Under the pieces are notes generated by a model. The model did not search any database, had not been told where the DNA came from, and worked only from the letters and a program-made list of their open reading frames with translations. DNA of 64,000 nt. Source: Candidatus Hikarchaeia archaeon HikBin5 (GTDB lineage Archaea > Halobacteriota > Halobacteria > Halobacteriales > Hikarchaeaceae). The translations under genes and the position numbers were made by a program. This document shows positions 1 through 9,716 of this stretch, piece after piece. The stretch spans positions 12,472-76,471 of the forward strand of contig WTZU01000002.1 in NCBI GenBank assembly GCA_009889625.1. The letters are read 5' to 3'. The number at the start of each line of letters is the position of its first letter. Within the stretch, counting starts at the first letter, position 1.

Positions 1-1
1 G

Positions 2-241
2 TTGAATTCGTACATGGTAGGAGTAGATGGGTCCAGGAAGTGGTTTGAAGTTATTCTTGTAGATCCGAACCATTCTGCTATTCGAAACGATAAAGATCTA
101 AATTGGATTTGCTCAGATGCGCATAGAGGGAGAGCAAATAGAGGACTTACGAGTGCAGGAAAGAGAGGGAGGGGATTGCAGAAGAGGGGCAAAGGATCAG
201 AACATACTAGACCTAGTAGAAGTGCAAACAGAAAGAAGTAG
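2..241 (+). CDS. rpl15e: 50S ribosomal protein L15e, C-terminal part (5' end outside window)
   Basis: ORF open to the window edge. The string [22 protein letters not shown]....[18 protein letters not shown] matches the conserved L15e C-terminus, followed by a basic tail. Confidence 0.85.
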   Translation: MNSYMVGVDGSRKWFEVILVDPNHSAIRNDKDLNWICSDAHRGRANRGLTSAGKRGRGLQKRGKGSEHTRPSRSANRKK

Positions 242-248
242 TTTTTAG

Positions 249-629
<381 letters not shown>

Positions 630-739
630 AATTCGGCATAATAATTGTCTAAATTTTTTGAAGGAATATCGTAAAAAATGCGTGTTATCGGTGGAGGGTA
701 AATTAGTTACATTTACACGCTAGGGAAGCACATACAGAG

Positions 740-1615
740 ATGATGGATAACAACAGTTCTGACATCGATATTGTTGTATTAACGAAGGGCGTGCCGGACT
801 TTCGAGAAGGAATAGTTTCATTTGATGAGCATGGACACTTGGAGAGGGGCAAAACTCCAACTGTCATGAATCCCAACGACCGCTTTGCTATGAGAGCGGC
901 CCTACAGACAAAAGTTCGTAGTGGTGGGAAAATTACAGTGATGAGCATGGGGCCTCCAGGATACAAAGAAATATTGCAAGAAGCCATGAACATCTATGCT
1001 GACGAATTGTACTTACTATCGGACAGAGAAATGGCAGCAGCAGACACATGGGCCACTGCCATAACCATTTGTTCAGCAGTGGAAAAACTTGACCCCACTC
1101 CAGATATTATTTTTGCGGGTTTTAAAACAGCAGATGGAGAAACGGGACATACGGGCCCCCAAACTAGTTGGGCACTTGAATGGCCAATAATCACACATGT
1201 AGTTAGTTTGGATGTGGATGTGAATGCGAGGAAGATAACAGCAAAAAGACTGGTTCAAGGAGATATTAAAGAGATAGAAACAGTAGAAGTAGATCTGCCT
1301 TGTTTTGTAATACCAGATCCAGAATTTGAAGCGGAATATCCAAGGGCTTCGCATAGGTTAAAATTACAAAATTTGACTGAAGAGACGCAAAAAAGATCTG
1401 AATCTTTTGAAGATACATTAACTATGTGGGACCATAAAGAATTGAATTTAGATCCAGATTTCATTGGCCTAGACGGATCCCCAACTATTGTTGGACGGGT
1501 GGATCCAATTCCAAAGGCGCCTTCAGATAGAGAAGCGAAGGTTCTAGATATAGAAACTAAGGGTGGGTTGGAAGAAGTACTGGGAATAGTAGCGCCTTTT
1601 GCGGGGGAGAAGTAG
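740..1615 (+). CDS. etfB: Electron transfer flavoprotein beta subunit (EtfB/FixA)
   Basis: 291 aa, N-terminal DIVVLTKGVPDF..., an ETF-beta-like fold signature. Its stop lies 1 nt before the etfA ATG. Confidence 0.85.
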   Translation: MMDNNSSDIDIVVLTKGVPDFREGIVSFDEHGHLERGKTPTVMNPNDRFAMRAALQTKVRSGGKITVMSMGPPGYKEILQEAMNIYADELYLLSDREMAAADTWATAITICSAVEKLDPTPDIIFAGFKTADGETGHTGPQTSWALEWPIITHVVSLDVDVNARKITAKRLVQGDIKEIETVEVDLPCFVIPDPEFEAEYPRASHRLKLQNLTEETQKRSESFEDTLTMWDHKELNLDPDFIGLDGSPTIVGRVDPIPKAPSDREAKVLDIETKGGLEEVLGIVAPFAGEK

Positions 1616-1616
1616 C

Positions 1617-3416
1617 ATGACAATTGATCCAAAAAAATTAACTATTGGGAAATTAGTGAAAGAGATTTCAAAGATAGAAAATGTCGAAGAATTGAACAAT
1701 ATACTAGTAGCAGAAGGAGAGGGCAAGGGTCGAAAAGGAGCGATAAGTGCGATTACAGAGCGCATTGGTAGTTTAGGAGATGATGAAATAAAGGAAGGAG
1801 ATATATTTGATCCCACTTCTCATGATATTCGAGAGATAGGTGCTGCGATCAAAGAGATAGAAGATGTAGAGATTTTAAAATCGATTTTAGATCTTGAAAA
1901 ATCGGGTGAGGGTAGAGCGAGTGCGATGGTATTGATCGAGAGTAGGATAAAGAAATTCTCAGAGAAAAATGTAGAAGGTGATCTCGATCTCAAATCGATG
2001 ACAATTGCAGGTATAGCAAATTCAATAAGGGCAATTGAAAGTGCAGATGAATTGAGAGAGTTGCTTACTCAAGAAGAGAGCGGAGAGAACAGAGTTGCAG
2101 TTAAAAAACAAATACAGAATAAAATAGAATCGATAGAAGGGATTGAAATACTCGAACCAATAGAGTATATTGCACCCGAAGAGAAGTACCCATATCTAAA
2201 TCATCCGACAGCAGATAAAAAGCATGTTCGTGCGTTAAAAGAGGGAAAATACGAAGATATGTGGGTGTATTGTGAAACGCAACGTGGGGAACTTATCGAT
2301 GTATCTAGAGAGATGTTAGGGAAGGCCCGGGAAATGATGGACAAATATAATCAGGATTACAAGGCAAAGGAGCGAGTCATAGCCGTTTTAATTGGGAAAG
2401 ATATCGCAGGTTTGGCAGAAGAATGTATTGGGCATGGGGCAGATGTTGTGATATATACAGAACATGATTCTTTGTCTCGTTTTATTCATACCGCCTATAC
2501 AAAAATTTTCTGTGACATGTCTCGTTCCAAACCGGAATGGAAAAAATATGATGAGCCAAGATATGTTATTTTTCCTGCGACAAATAATGGGAGGGATCTA
2601 TCGGCACAAGTACAAGCTGAACTAGATTCAGGTCTAGCTTCAGATTGTTCGGATTTATACATAGAAAACATAGTAATTACAAATCCTGTGAAAACGGGCA
2701 TGCCAGGAGCTAAGAAAAACTTTGAGAGAGTGCTCCATATGAAAAGGCCTGATTTCTCTGGATTTGAGTATTCCACAATCCTTTGTTTAGACAACCCACA
2801 CAGAGAATTTCATCCACAAGGAGCATCAGTCATCCCAAGGAGCTTCCCTGTTGGAGAATTCAATTCTGACAGAAAAGGAGAGGTATTTTGTCATGAGATG
2901 AAAGTTGAAGACGGGTGGGTTGATGTTGCAATCGTCGACAATGAAGAGGTTGAAATGGGGGTGGATTTAGCAGAATATGAAGTCATAGTATGTATGGGAA
3001 GAGGAATTGGAAAGGACCCCACAGGTGGAATTGATCTAGGATTGGAACTTGTAAGTATGTTTGATAATGCAGAATTGGGGATAACGAGAGGGATAGTTAC
3101 GTCCTCATACACCTTCGAAGGGAGAGTGGAACAATATGCAAAAGAAGAGAGACAGATAGGAGAGACTGGTCAGTGGATAAGTCCAAAATTATATATTGGA
3201 CTTGGAGTTTCGGGTGCCATTCAACATAAAACGGGGATGGTAGATTCGGAAATCATAGTCGCAATAAATGAAGATGAAAATGCAGATATTCGGGAGTTTG
3301 CAGATTATTTCATACATGGGGATTTATTTGAAATAATTCCCAAATTGGTAGAAGAGTTGAGTGTAGGGAAAAGTGGCCTAACAAAATTTATAAAGGGAGA
3401 AAAAAATAATGCATGA
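1617..3416 (+). CDS. etfA: Electron transfer flavoprotein alpha subunit (EtfA/FixB) with about 200-aa N-terminal repeat extension
   Basis: The C-terminal FAD-binding signature PKLYIGLGVSGAIQHKTGM and the ETF-alpha domain start near MWVYCETQRGELIDVS. The ATG at 1617 directly follows the etfB stop; the track's start at 1599 is a TTG. The N-terminal third contains three tandem repeats. Confidence 0.85.
   Translation: MTIDPKKLTIGKLVKEISKIENVEELNNILVAEGEGKGRKGAISAITERIGSLGDDEIKEGDIFDPTSHDIREIGAAIKEIEDVEILKSILDLEKSGEGRASAMVLIESRIKKFSEKNVEGDLDLKSMTIAGIANSIRAIESADELRELLTQEESGENRVAVKKQIQNKIESIEGIEILEPIEYIAPEEKYPYLNHPTADKKHVRALKEGKYEDMWVYCETQRGELIDVSREMLGKAREMMDKYNQDYKAKERVIAVLIGKDIAGLAEECIGHGADVVIYTEHDSLSRFIHTAYTKIFCDMSRSKPEWKKYDEPRYVIFPATNNGRDLSAQVQAELDSGLASDCSDLYIENIVITNPVKTGMPGAKKNFERVLHMKRPDFSGFEYSTILCLDNPHREFHPQGASVIPRSFPVGEFNSDRKGEVFCHEMKVEDGWVDVAIVDNEEVEMGVDLAEYEVIVCMGRGIGKDPTGGIDLGLELVSMFDNAELGITRGIVTSSYTFEGRVEQYAKEERQIGETGQWISPKLYIGLGVSGAIQHKTGMVDSEIIVAINEDENADIREFADYFIHGDLFEIIPKLVEELSVGKSGLTKFIKGEKNNA
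1638..2135 (+). repeat. Intragenic tandem protein repeat, three copies of about 45 aa, inside etfA
   Basis: Copy 1: IGKLVKEISKIENVEELNNILVAEGEGKGRKGAISAITERIGSL. Copy 2: IGAAIKEIEDVEILKSILDLEKSGEGRASAMVLIESRIKKF. Copy 3: IAGIANSIRAIESADELRELLTQEESGENRVAVKKQIQNKIESI. Copies are spaced 64 and 56 residues apart. Confidence 0.6.
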
Positions 3417-5070
3417 ATACGAACACTATGAAGCGATAGTAGTAGGAGCAGGCCCAGGTGGTGCTGCTGCTGCTGCGGTATTGACAGAGAATGATATTGA
3501 GACAATTGTGTTGGAAAGGGGAATAGAACCAGGATCAAAAAATGTTTCTGGTGGACTTATATACGCAGAGAATTCTGCCCCATACACTATCGACGGCCTC
3601 TTTCCAGAGTTCAGAAGAGAAGCTACAGAAAGGCCAATAACGGAATACCAACTTCACAATATATCAGGAGAGAAGGTTGCTTCATTTGATTTAAAAGGAC
3701 TTCACGAGTATGATACGAAATGGTGTGATTCGGTGCTTAGGAGGAAAATGGATTCTTGGTTATCAAAAGAAGTGCAAAGTAAAACCCAGGAAACAGGAGG
3801 AGGCCTGATAAATGGAATACATGTAAATGGATTATTGAGAGATGAGAATGGGAAGATTGAGGGAGTGACTTGTGACGAGATAGATCCAATTACAGCAGAT
3901 GTGGTGATTGCAGCGGATGGAGTAACATCTGAATTGGCTCGATCTTCGGGTTTGATGGATTGGGAACGTCCAGAAGAATGGTTCCAGGGTGTGAAAGTGG
4001 TCGTAGATCTAGAAGATGTGGACAATGTATTTGATCTGGAACCAGAAACTGGAATTGCCCACTTATTTTCAGGAGATCTTTTCGAAGGTGTCAGAGGAGG
4101 AGGATTTTTGTATACAAATCGGGAAACTCTATCAATTGGAACTGTATTTCATTTGGACAGTATCATGGAAGAGAAAGCAGAGAGTCATGAATTATTAAAC
4201 AAACTACTAACCCATCCATTATTGGGACAGTGGCTAAACAAGGATTATTGTGAACTAGAATATTCAGCAAAGCTAGTGCCAGATTCCAAAAAGGCCGCGA
4301 ATCCCAGTCCACACTTAGATCGCCTATTGCTTGTAGGAGATGCGGCAGGTCAAATGCAAGCCCAGGGGCCAATAATAAAAGGAATGAATCATGCCGTTAC
4401 AGCTGGTGCACTTGCTTCTGAAGCTTTTGTAGAGATGAAAAAGAAAGGGTCTGTTGAGAAAGCCGGTGAACGGTATGAATTGAAGCTTCGTCAAACAGGT
4501 CTAATGAGTAAACTCAGACCGCCAATGTATAGTGTCGTCAGGGCAGTTGGAGAGAATAGAGTTGCAACTACGATGGTAGATGGAATATTAACATCACCAG
4601 TTGGTAGGGTGGCAATAAGAGCAATAGGAAAGAGAATGGAAAAGTTATACAACATACCCCTTCTTTCAATGGCAATACCAGATACCGCCACCCCATATGT
4701 TACTCTGCCAACAATAATTGGCCAAGAAGTGGGAGAAATAATTAAGATTAAGAATCCAGTAAGCCCCCCAGAATTGGCAGATAGAATTAGTAAATTGGCA
4801 TATGACACAGATATAGGGAAGCCCCACATCGAACTTCTAGATAATTCATATGCAGCAAGTGGCACTGCAGTAACTGCATGTCCGGTTAGTGCTATTGGAT
4901 TTGGAGGAGGGTGTTATCGTATGGAAGAAGTAGAGGTAAACGGGGAGATTGAACTTCGAATTAGTTTAGATACACAACCTTGTATTGAATGTGGTACATG
5001 TGCAGTGACGGCCACAACTGAATGGAGCAATCCAAGAGGAAACAAAGGTGTCGAATTCAAGTACGGATGA
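3409..5070 (+). CDS. fixC: ETF:quinone/ferredoxin oxidoreductase FixC fused to a FixX-like ferredoxin domain
   Basis: N-terminal FAD fold VVGAGPGGAAAAAVL. The C-terminus (CPVSAIGFGGGCY ... QPCIECGTCAV ... PRGNKGVEFKYG) matches the FixX pattern. The gene overlaps the etfA stop by 8 nt. Confidence 0.85.
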   Translation: MHEYEHYEAIVVGAGPGGAAAAAVLTENDIETIVLERGIEPGSKNVSGGLIYAENSAPYTIDGLFPEFRREATERPITEYQLHNISGEKVASFDLKGLHEYDTKWCDSVLRRKMDSWLSKEVQSKTQETGGGLINGIHVNGLLRDENGKIEGVTCDEIDPITADVVIAADGVTSELARSSGLMDWERPEEWFQGVKVVVDLEDVDNVFDLEPETGIAHLFSGDLFEGVRGGGFLYTNRETLSIGTVFHLDSIMEEKAESHELLNKLLTHPLLGQWLNKDYCELEYSAKLVPDSKKAANPSPHLDRLLLVGDAAGQMQAQGPIIKGMNHAVTAGALASEAFVEMKKKGSVEKAGERYELKLRQTGLMSKLRPPMYSVVRAVGENRVATTMVDGILTSPVGRVAIRAIGKRMEKLYNIPLLSMAIPDTATPYVTLPTIIGQEVGEIIKIKNPVSPPELADRISKLAYDTDIGKPHIELLDNSYAASGTAVTACPVSAIGFGGGCYRMEEVEVNGEIELRISLDTQPCIECGTCAVTATTEWSNPRGNKGVEFKYG

Positions 5071-5428
5071 GAGGTTAAACGACTTTTCGGAAAAAATAGA
5101 GATTCTTGGAAAAGAACTTCAGAAAGAAATTGAAGAATGTCAGAATAGAGATTGGGATTCTGCTTTAGAGTGCCTCATGATGGGTTTTGGACCAATTGTT
5201 GCCATGTACTTAGAAGCCAGAATAAAGGGAAAATTGATCCCCATAACTCAGAATCAATTTGAGAAAATTGAATTGATTATGAACGGATGGTTAGAGATAT
5301 ATGCAAGATATTATGGAGAGGAAATTGAAGCAAATTTTAGTGTCAGAGATGCAGCATTATTATTTTTAGAAACTCATGATATTCAAGACGTAGCAGAGAT
5401 ATTGACTAAAATTCCCAATAAGAATTAG
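5048..5428 (+). CDS. Hypothetical helical protein, tail gene of the fix cluster
   Basis: 126-aa ORF with a GTG start overlapping the fixCX end by 23 nt. I recognise no motif. Its codon usage resembles that of its neighbours. Confidence 0.4.
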   Translation: MSNSSTDERLNDFSEKIEILGKELQKEIEECQNRDWDSALECLMMGFGPIVAMYLEARIKGKLIPITQNQFEKIELIMNGWLEIYARYYGEEIEANFSVRDAALLFLETHDIQDVAEILTKIPNKN

Positions 5429-5443
5429 TTCGGAGATTGTGAA

Positions 5444-6106
5444 TTAAATGGGAGAAAGGTAGCTTTCCCATAGATCAAGCGTAATGGAATCTGATTCGGT
5501 GTAAGAAGTCCCCCATAATTCCTGTGCTGAAAATCTGACTTTGTACACTGGTTCGGCCCGGGGAGAACCTTCTACAATAGAATCGGGAAGGGGGAAAGTT
5601 CCGAAAATTTGTTCTATCGTTCCAATTCGTTTCTGTGCATAGGATGGAGACCGGGAATGGCCAAATTTATTGTTGGGGTTTACAAGTACATTATCACCTA
5701 CTTTGAAATTTGGTTTTGTAGATTTTACATCTTTGAGATTGCTTTTTTTGAAAGATTGCAATACTTTTTCAAGTAGATCGGGAATGGATTTATTTTCGAT
5801 AGAGATATCATTCGTGGAATAGAGCTCTATGCGGGAGTTGATCTCAGATTGGGTTAGAATTCCTTTTTCCACCAATAACATTTCAATGCAATCGAGCCAT
5901 TTTTCAAAATAGCTAAGTTGGAGATATCTAGAAGGAGAAATTCGTTCTGCTGCATGTCGTTTTTCATCGACATTGCAAATGCCATGTAATTGAATTATTT
6001 TAGATATTGCAAATGTATCTTTTTCCCATTGTTCGTGGAAGATGGCAGAATCCATTTTGATTGGACCAAATCCATGTGTCCCACCTAAATCATGTATGGC
6101 TTTCAT
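5444..6106 (-). CDS. Nitrile hydratase beta subunit-like protein (no alpha subunit nearby)
   Basis: N-terminus MKAIHDLGGTHGFGPI...FHEQWE, central LVEKGILTQSE, and C-terminal YKVRFSAQELWG...DLWESYLSP all follow the nitrile hydratase beta pattern. Confidence 0.75.
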   Translation of the reverse strand: MKAIHDLGGTHGFGPIKMDSAIFHEQWEKDTFAISKIIQLHGICNVDEKRHAAERISPSRYLQLSYFEKWLDCIEMLLVEKGILTQSEINSRIELYSTNDISIENKSIPDLLEKVLQSFKKSNLKDVKSTKPNFKVGDNVLVNPNNKFGHSRSPSYAQKRIGTIEQIFGTFPLPDSIVEGSPRAEPVYKVRFSAQELWGTSYTESDSITLDLWESYLSPI

Positions 6107-6147
6107 ATATTAGATAAGAAGGCATTGGTGTTTAATAAAATAACTGG

Positions 6148-7284
6148 TTATTTTGGTGGAAGGATAACTTGTCTAATTGCAGCACCACCTTCTTCTAATG
6201 ATTCCATTGCTTCATTTATTTCAGAAAGTGGTCGTTGACTACTGATCATTTCTTTTAAAGACATATGACCCGCTACGACTAAATCTGCCAACATAGGTAT
6301 CGCCGTTTGGAGACTGTAAGATCCGTTAAAAGATCCAATTATAGATTTTTCTCGTACTACCATCTCATATAAATTGAGATTGACAGTATGTTTTTTTGCA
6401 GGAGTGGTCCCAACCAAAACTACAGACCCCATGGAGTGGAGAGAATCTGCCGCTTGCTCTACAACTTTTGGATTTCCAACAACATCGAATGCGTAATCGA
6501 CTCCACGGCCGTCAGTTATTTCTTTAATTCTGCTTACTGGGTCTTCTTCACTTGCATTAATTGTGTGTGTTGCACCCAGGTTTTTTGCTACTTGTAGTTT
6601 TTCTGGAATCATATCTACTACAATGATGGTTACGGCACCACGGACGACTGCTCCTTGTAGTGCGCTTAGGCCGACTCCACCAGCTCCGAAAATGGCGACA
6701 GAGCATCCAGCTTCAATATTGGCAGTGTTCATAACTGCCCCTGCTCCGGTGAACACGCCACACCCTAAAAGTGTTGCTTCTTCCAATGGGAGTTTGTCGT
6801 TTATTTTAATTGCGACTTCTTCAGTTACATTGGTAAATTGTGTGAATGAAGACACCCCGTGGCAATGGTATAGTTGTTCCCCCCCTCTAGAGAACCTACG
6901 TTCTCCAGTTCGGAGAGTCCCTGCATGTCTAGATGTTAGTCTTGCGTTGCATAAATTTGATCTTCCTTGTCGGCAATATTCACAAATCCCGCATGCTGGC
7001 CTTCCAAGAACCACATGGTCACCGGGAGATAAAGTGGTTACAGATTCTCCTACTTGACGTACGATGCCCGCTCCCTCGTGCCCCATTACAAGAGGATATT
7101 GTTCATTTATATTCCCCAATGCCATTGCAACATCGGTGTGGCATAAGCTCCCTGCAACTATTTCTACAAGAACTTCTTCTCCTTTTGGCTCTTCCACTTC
7201 GATTTCGCAAATGGTAGCGGGTTTTGATTCACTAAATACACCGTTTTTGGTTGGTTTTTCTAGGATGGCAGCTATTGATTCCAT
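6148..7284 (-). CDS. Zinc-dependent alcohol dehydrogenase (class III/MDR family)
   Basis: Catalytic zinc motif GSLCHTDV...GHEGAGIV, structural zinc cysteines CGICEYCRQGRSNLC, and the Rossmann motif IFGAGGVGLS. Confidence 0.85.
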   Translation of the reverse strand: MESIAAILEKPTKNGVFSESKPATICEIEVEEPKGEEVLVEIVAGSLCHTDVAMALGNINEQYPLVMGHEGAGIVRQVGESVTTLSPGDHVVLGRPACGICEYCRQGRSNLCNARLTSRHAGTLRTGERRFSRGGEQLYHCHGVSSFTQFTNVTEEVAIKINDKLPLEEATLLGCGVFTGAGAVMNTANIEAGCSVAIFGAGGVGLSALQGAVVRGAVTIIVVDMIPEKLQVAKNLGATHTINASEEDPVSRIKEITDGRGVDYAFDVVGNPKVVEQAADSLHSMGSVVLVGTTPAKKHTVNLNLYEMVVREKSIIGSFNGSYSLQTAIPMLADLVVAGHMSLKEMISSQRPLSEINEAMESLEEGGAAIRQVILPPK

Positions 7285-7365
7285 AAGAGTTTATTTTTCA
7301 TTTAGGAACTTAACTTCGTTCATAACAACGTAAGATGTAGAGTAAGATGGAAAAGTGATAAATAT

Positions 7366-8529
7366 GTGTATGAGTGCAAAGAGAATATGACTCGGTTGAT
7401 TACGGAAGAAGACATAAACGAAAATTTGGAAGTAATGGAGATTATTTCTGCGATAGAGCGAATGTTTGTTGGTTTTGGAGAAGGGATGGCTGCGACAAAT
7501 ACACGGGAAGATATTTTAAGTCCCCAGTCAAGTCCAGATGAGAGTGGCAACACCATGTCACATCTATTAAAGACGATGGGAGGAGTGATTCCAGCTCTAG
7601 AAGTTGGTGCGGTTAGGATTAATTCAAATATACTAAAATGGGAAACAAGAGGTGGCAAAAGAACCAAGAGTAAGATACCAGGAGAAACTGGAAAATATAC
7701 GGGTTTGGTATTATTGTTCAGTACCAAAACTGGAGAGCTTTTGGCCATATTTCCAGATGGGATAATTCAAACATATCGAGTGGCTGTGACAAGCGCCATT
7801 GCGGCGAAATATTTAGCTAATAAGGACAGTAGCCAGATTGGGATTCTAGGTGCAGGTCCACAGGCTAGAGCACATTTACTAGCTTTTGAAGACATATTTA
7901 AGATAGAAAATGTAAAAGTATATTCTCCAACTGTGAAAAGTAGAACATCATTCGTTTCTTCGATGGGGAAAGAAAGTAGTGTTGACATAGTTTCCGTAGA
8001 TGCTCCAGAAAAGGCTTTTGATCAGTCCAACATCATACAATGCGCAACTAACTCTCTTGATCCAGTATTCGAAATAGAATGGATTCCCAAGGGGGCCCAC
8101 ATAGGAGTATTAAATCGAAAGGAACCGCCCGTGGAATTTTTCAAAAAGGGGACATTTGATGTATTTGCGCAATCATGGCCAAAGACTAAGATTTATGAAG
8201 AGATTGGAACAGTTGTCAGGGAACGAGAAATGCCAGTGAAAAATATTAATTATTATGTAGTTGGTGACGAGAGCCAGATACCAGAATTTTCTACTAGTAG
8301 TGATCAAAATAGGGGGCAAGTGAACTGGAGCAAAATTCCAAGTTTACATGAGGTGATTTCAGGAGAGGTAAAACGTGAAAATAAAGAACAAAAAACGGCG
8401 TTTTATAACCGAGGTTTTGGGACCCAATTTGCTGCTGCGGGGTGGGCATTGTATCAATTGGCAGAAAAAGAAGACATAGGTCATGTGTTGCCAACACGAT
8501 GGTTTGAGCAAGAACTACAAGGGACATAA
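7366..8529 (+). CDS. Ornithine cyclodeaminase/mu-crystallin family protein
   Basis: GILGAGPQARAHLLAF Rossmann motif and an overall OCD-like layout. The start could be the ATG at 7387 instead. Confidence 0.75.
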   Translation: MYECKENMTRLITEEDINENLEVMEIISAIERMFVGFGEGMAATNTREDILSPQSSPDESGNTMSHLLKTMGGVIPALEVGAVRINSNILKWETRGGKRTKSKIPGETGKYTGLVLLFSTKTGELLAIFPDGIIQTYRVAVTSAIAAKYLANKDSSQIGILGAGPQARAHLLAFEDIFKIENVKVYSPTVKSRTSFVSSMGKESSVDIVSVDAPEKAFDQSNIIQCATNSLDPVFEIEWIPKGAHIGVLNRKEPPVEFFKKGTFDVFAQSWPKTKIYEEIGTVVREREMPVKNINYYVVGDESQIPEFSTSSDQNRGQVNWSKIPSLHEVISGEVKRENKEQKTAFYNRGFGTQFAAAGWALYQLAEKEDIGHVLPTRWFEQELQGT

Positions 8530-8617
8530 AAAGAGTAGCAAGAGCCGATTATGATCCAATATTGAATGTGCGTATCGCCCCGATAGTTTTTAGTAGGCAG
8601 ATTGATTATCAAGAGCA

Positions 8618-8911
8618 ATGGCGGAGATCTGCTCAACGTGTGGATTACCTGATGAGCTTTGCATTTGTGAGGATGTGGCAAAAGAATCCCAGGAGATAAC
8701 CATTCGGACAGATACTAGGAGATATGGAAAAGCAGTAACAGTCATTCAAGGTTTTGATCCGAAAGATGTAGATTTAGGAAATCTTTCGTCGTCTCTAAAA
8801 GCCAAGTTTGCTTGCGGGGGTACTGTAGAAAATGGGTCGATAGAGCTGCAAGGGGACCATACCACAGGAGTGGTAAAGTTTCTTCGAGATAAAGGATTCA
8901 ACGTGGGATAA
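8618..8911 (+). CDS. sui1: Translation initiation factor aSUI1 (aIF1)
   Basis: [23 protein letters not shown] zinc knuckle followed by [20 protein letters not shown], typical of archaeal SUI1. Confidence 0.9.
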   Translation: MAEICSTCGLPDELCICEDVAKESQEITIRTDTRRYGKAVTVIQGFDPKDVDLGNLSSSLKAKFACGGTVENGSIELQGDHTTGVVKFLRDKGFNVG

Positions 8912-9004
8912 AAGCAAGATTGGTTATAGAAATTTTTCTTTCGGAGAGGAATCATTAAAGATTAAATGGGTTAGAGACTAATTTCTGACAGGAATAGTAA
9001 ACTT

Positions 9005-9715
9005 ATGTGTGACGATAAATCATATAGAACAGATGGTGGAAAGGGCATTACCGTCCAGCAAGCAGTGGATGCCGCGTATGAAAAAACATTTAGCGGGAAA
9101 AGAACGTATGTGACAGCTTTAGAAACAGATAGATATGACTATAAAGATGTATGGGAGAGCCTCAGAGATCCAGAGAAAAGATTGATCAGAGGGAGTGAAA
9201 TACCAATGAAAGCCAAATCCTCACCCCCACAAGGGTCTCAAACATGGGGGAAGCAATTTGTGAGGCCATGGTCGGGGATTACTCAATCGTTGCAAATGCA
9301 CTACAGAGTACTTGCCCCAGAGGGACATGGAAAAAAGCACTATCATCAGAATGAGGCTATGTTGTACATTCTAGAAGGAGAAGGGTATGAGATTCATGAT
9401 GGGGAAGAATATAAATGGGAAGCAGGAGATCTTGCAATTATAAGAGGAGGAACAGTTCATCGTCACTACAGTTCAGACCCAGAAAATCTATGCAAAGGTT
9501 TGATTATAAAACCAAAGGCAGTATGTCAATTTTTACATCTTTTATACCAAGGATTTGCAGAAAACTATCCTTCGGAGAGGTGTCGTGTGGATTCTGAATG
9601 GACACCCAATGAATTGTGGACAGATAAAAAGCAATTGTACCATGCAGGAGACTTACTAGATACAATATCACACAAAGAAGATGCACAAAAAGAGCGCGTT
9701 AAGGAGAGGATATAA
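9005..9715 (+). CDS. Cupin-domain protein, large subunit of split-cupin pair, copy A
   Basis: Cupin motif KKHYHQNEAMLYILEGEGYEIHDGEEYKWEAGDLAIIRGGTVHRHY. It is a paralog of 32593..33378. Confidence 0.7.
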   Translation: MCDDKSYRTDGGKGITVQQAVDAAYEKTFSGKRTYVTALETDRYDYKDVWESLRDPEKRLIRGSEIPMKAKSSPPQGSQTWGKQFVRPWSGITQSLQMHYRVLAPEGHGKKHYHQNEAMLYILEGEGYEIHDGEEYKWEAGDLAIIRGGTVHRHYSSDPENLCKGLIIKPKAVCQFLHLLYQGFAENYPSERCRVDSEWTPNELWTDKKQLYHAGDLLDTISHKEDAQKERVKERI

Positions 9716-9716
9716 T

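Noticed and set aside
1599-1616. Upstream alternative starts given by the track: TTG at 1599 for etfA, TTG at 50606 for asd, and TTG at 53741 for ctaA.
   Set aside because: In each case an in-frame ATG a few codons downstream fits the conserved N-terminus and the upstream gene's stop better. The TTG starts are likely artefacts of maximal-ORF extension.
6388-7333. Several plus-strand ORFs (69-164 aa) antisense to the alcohol dehydrogenase.
   Set aside because: These are shadow ORFs on the opposite strand of a well-supported gene, with Pro/Ser/Thr-rich low-complexity translations and no motifs.
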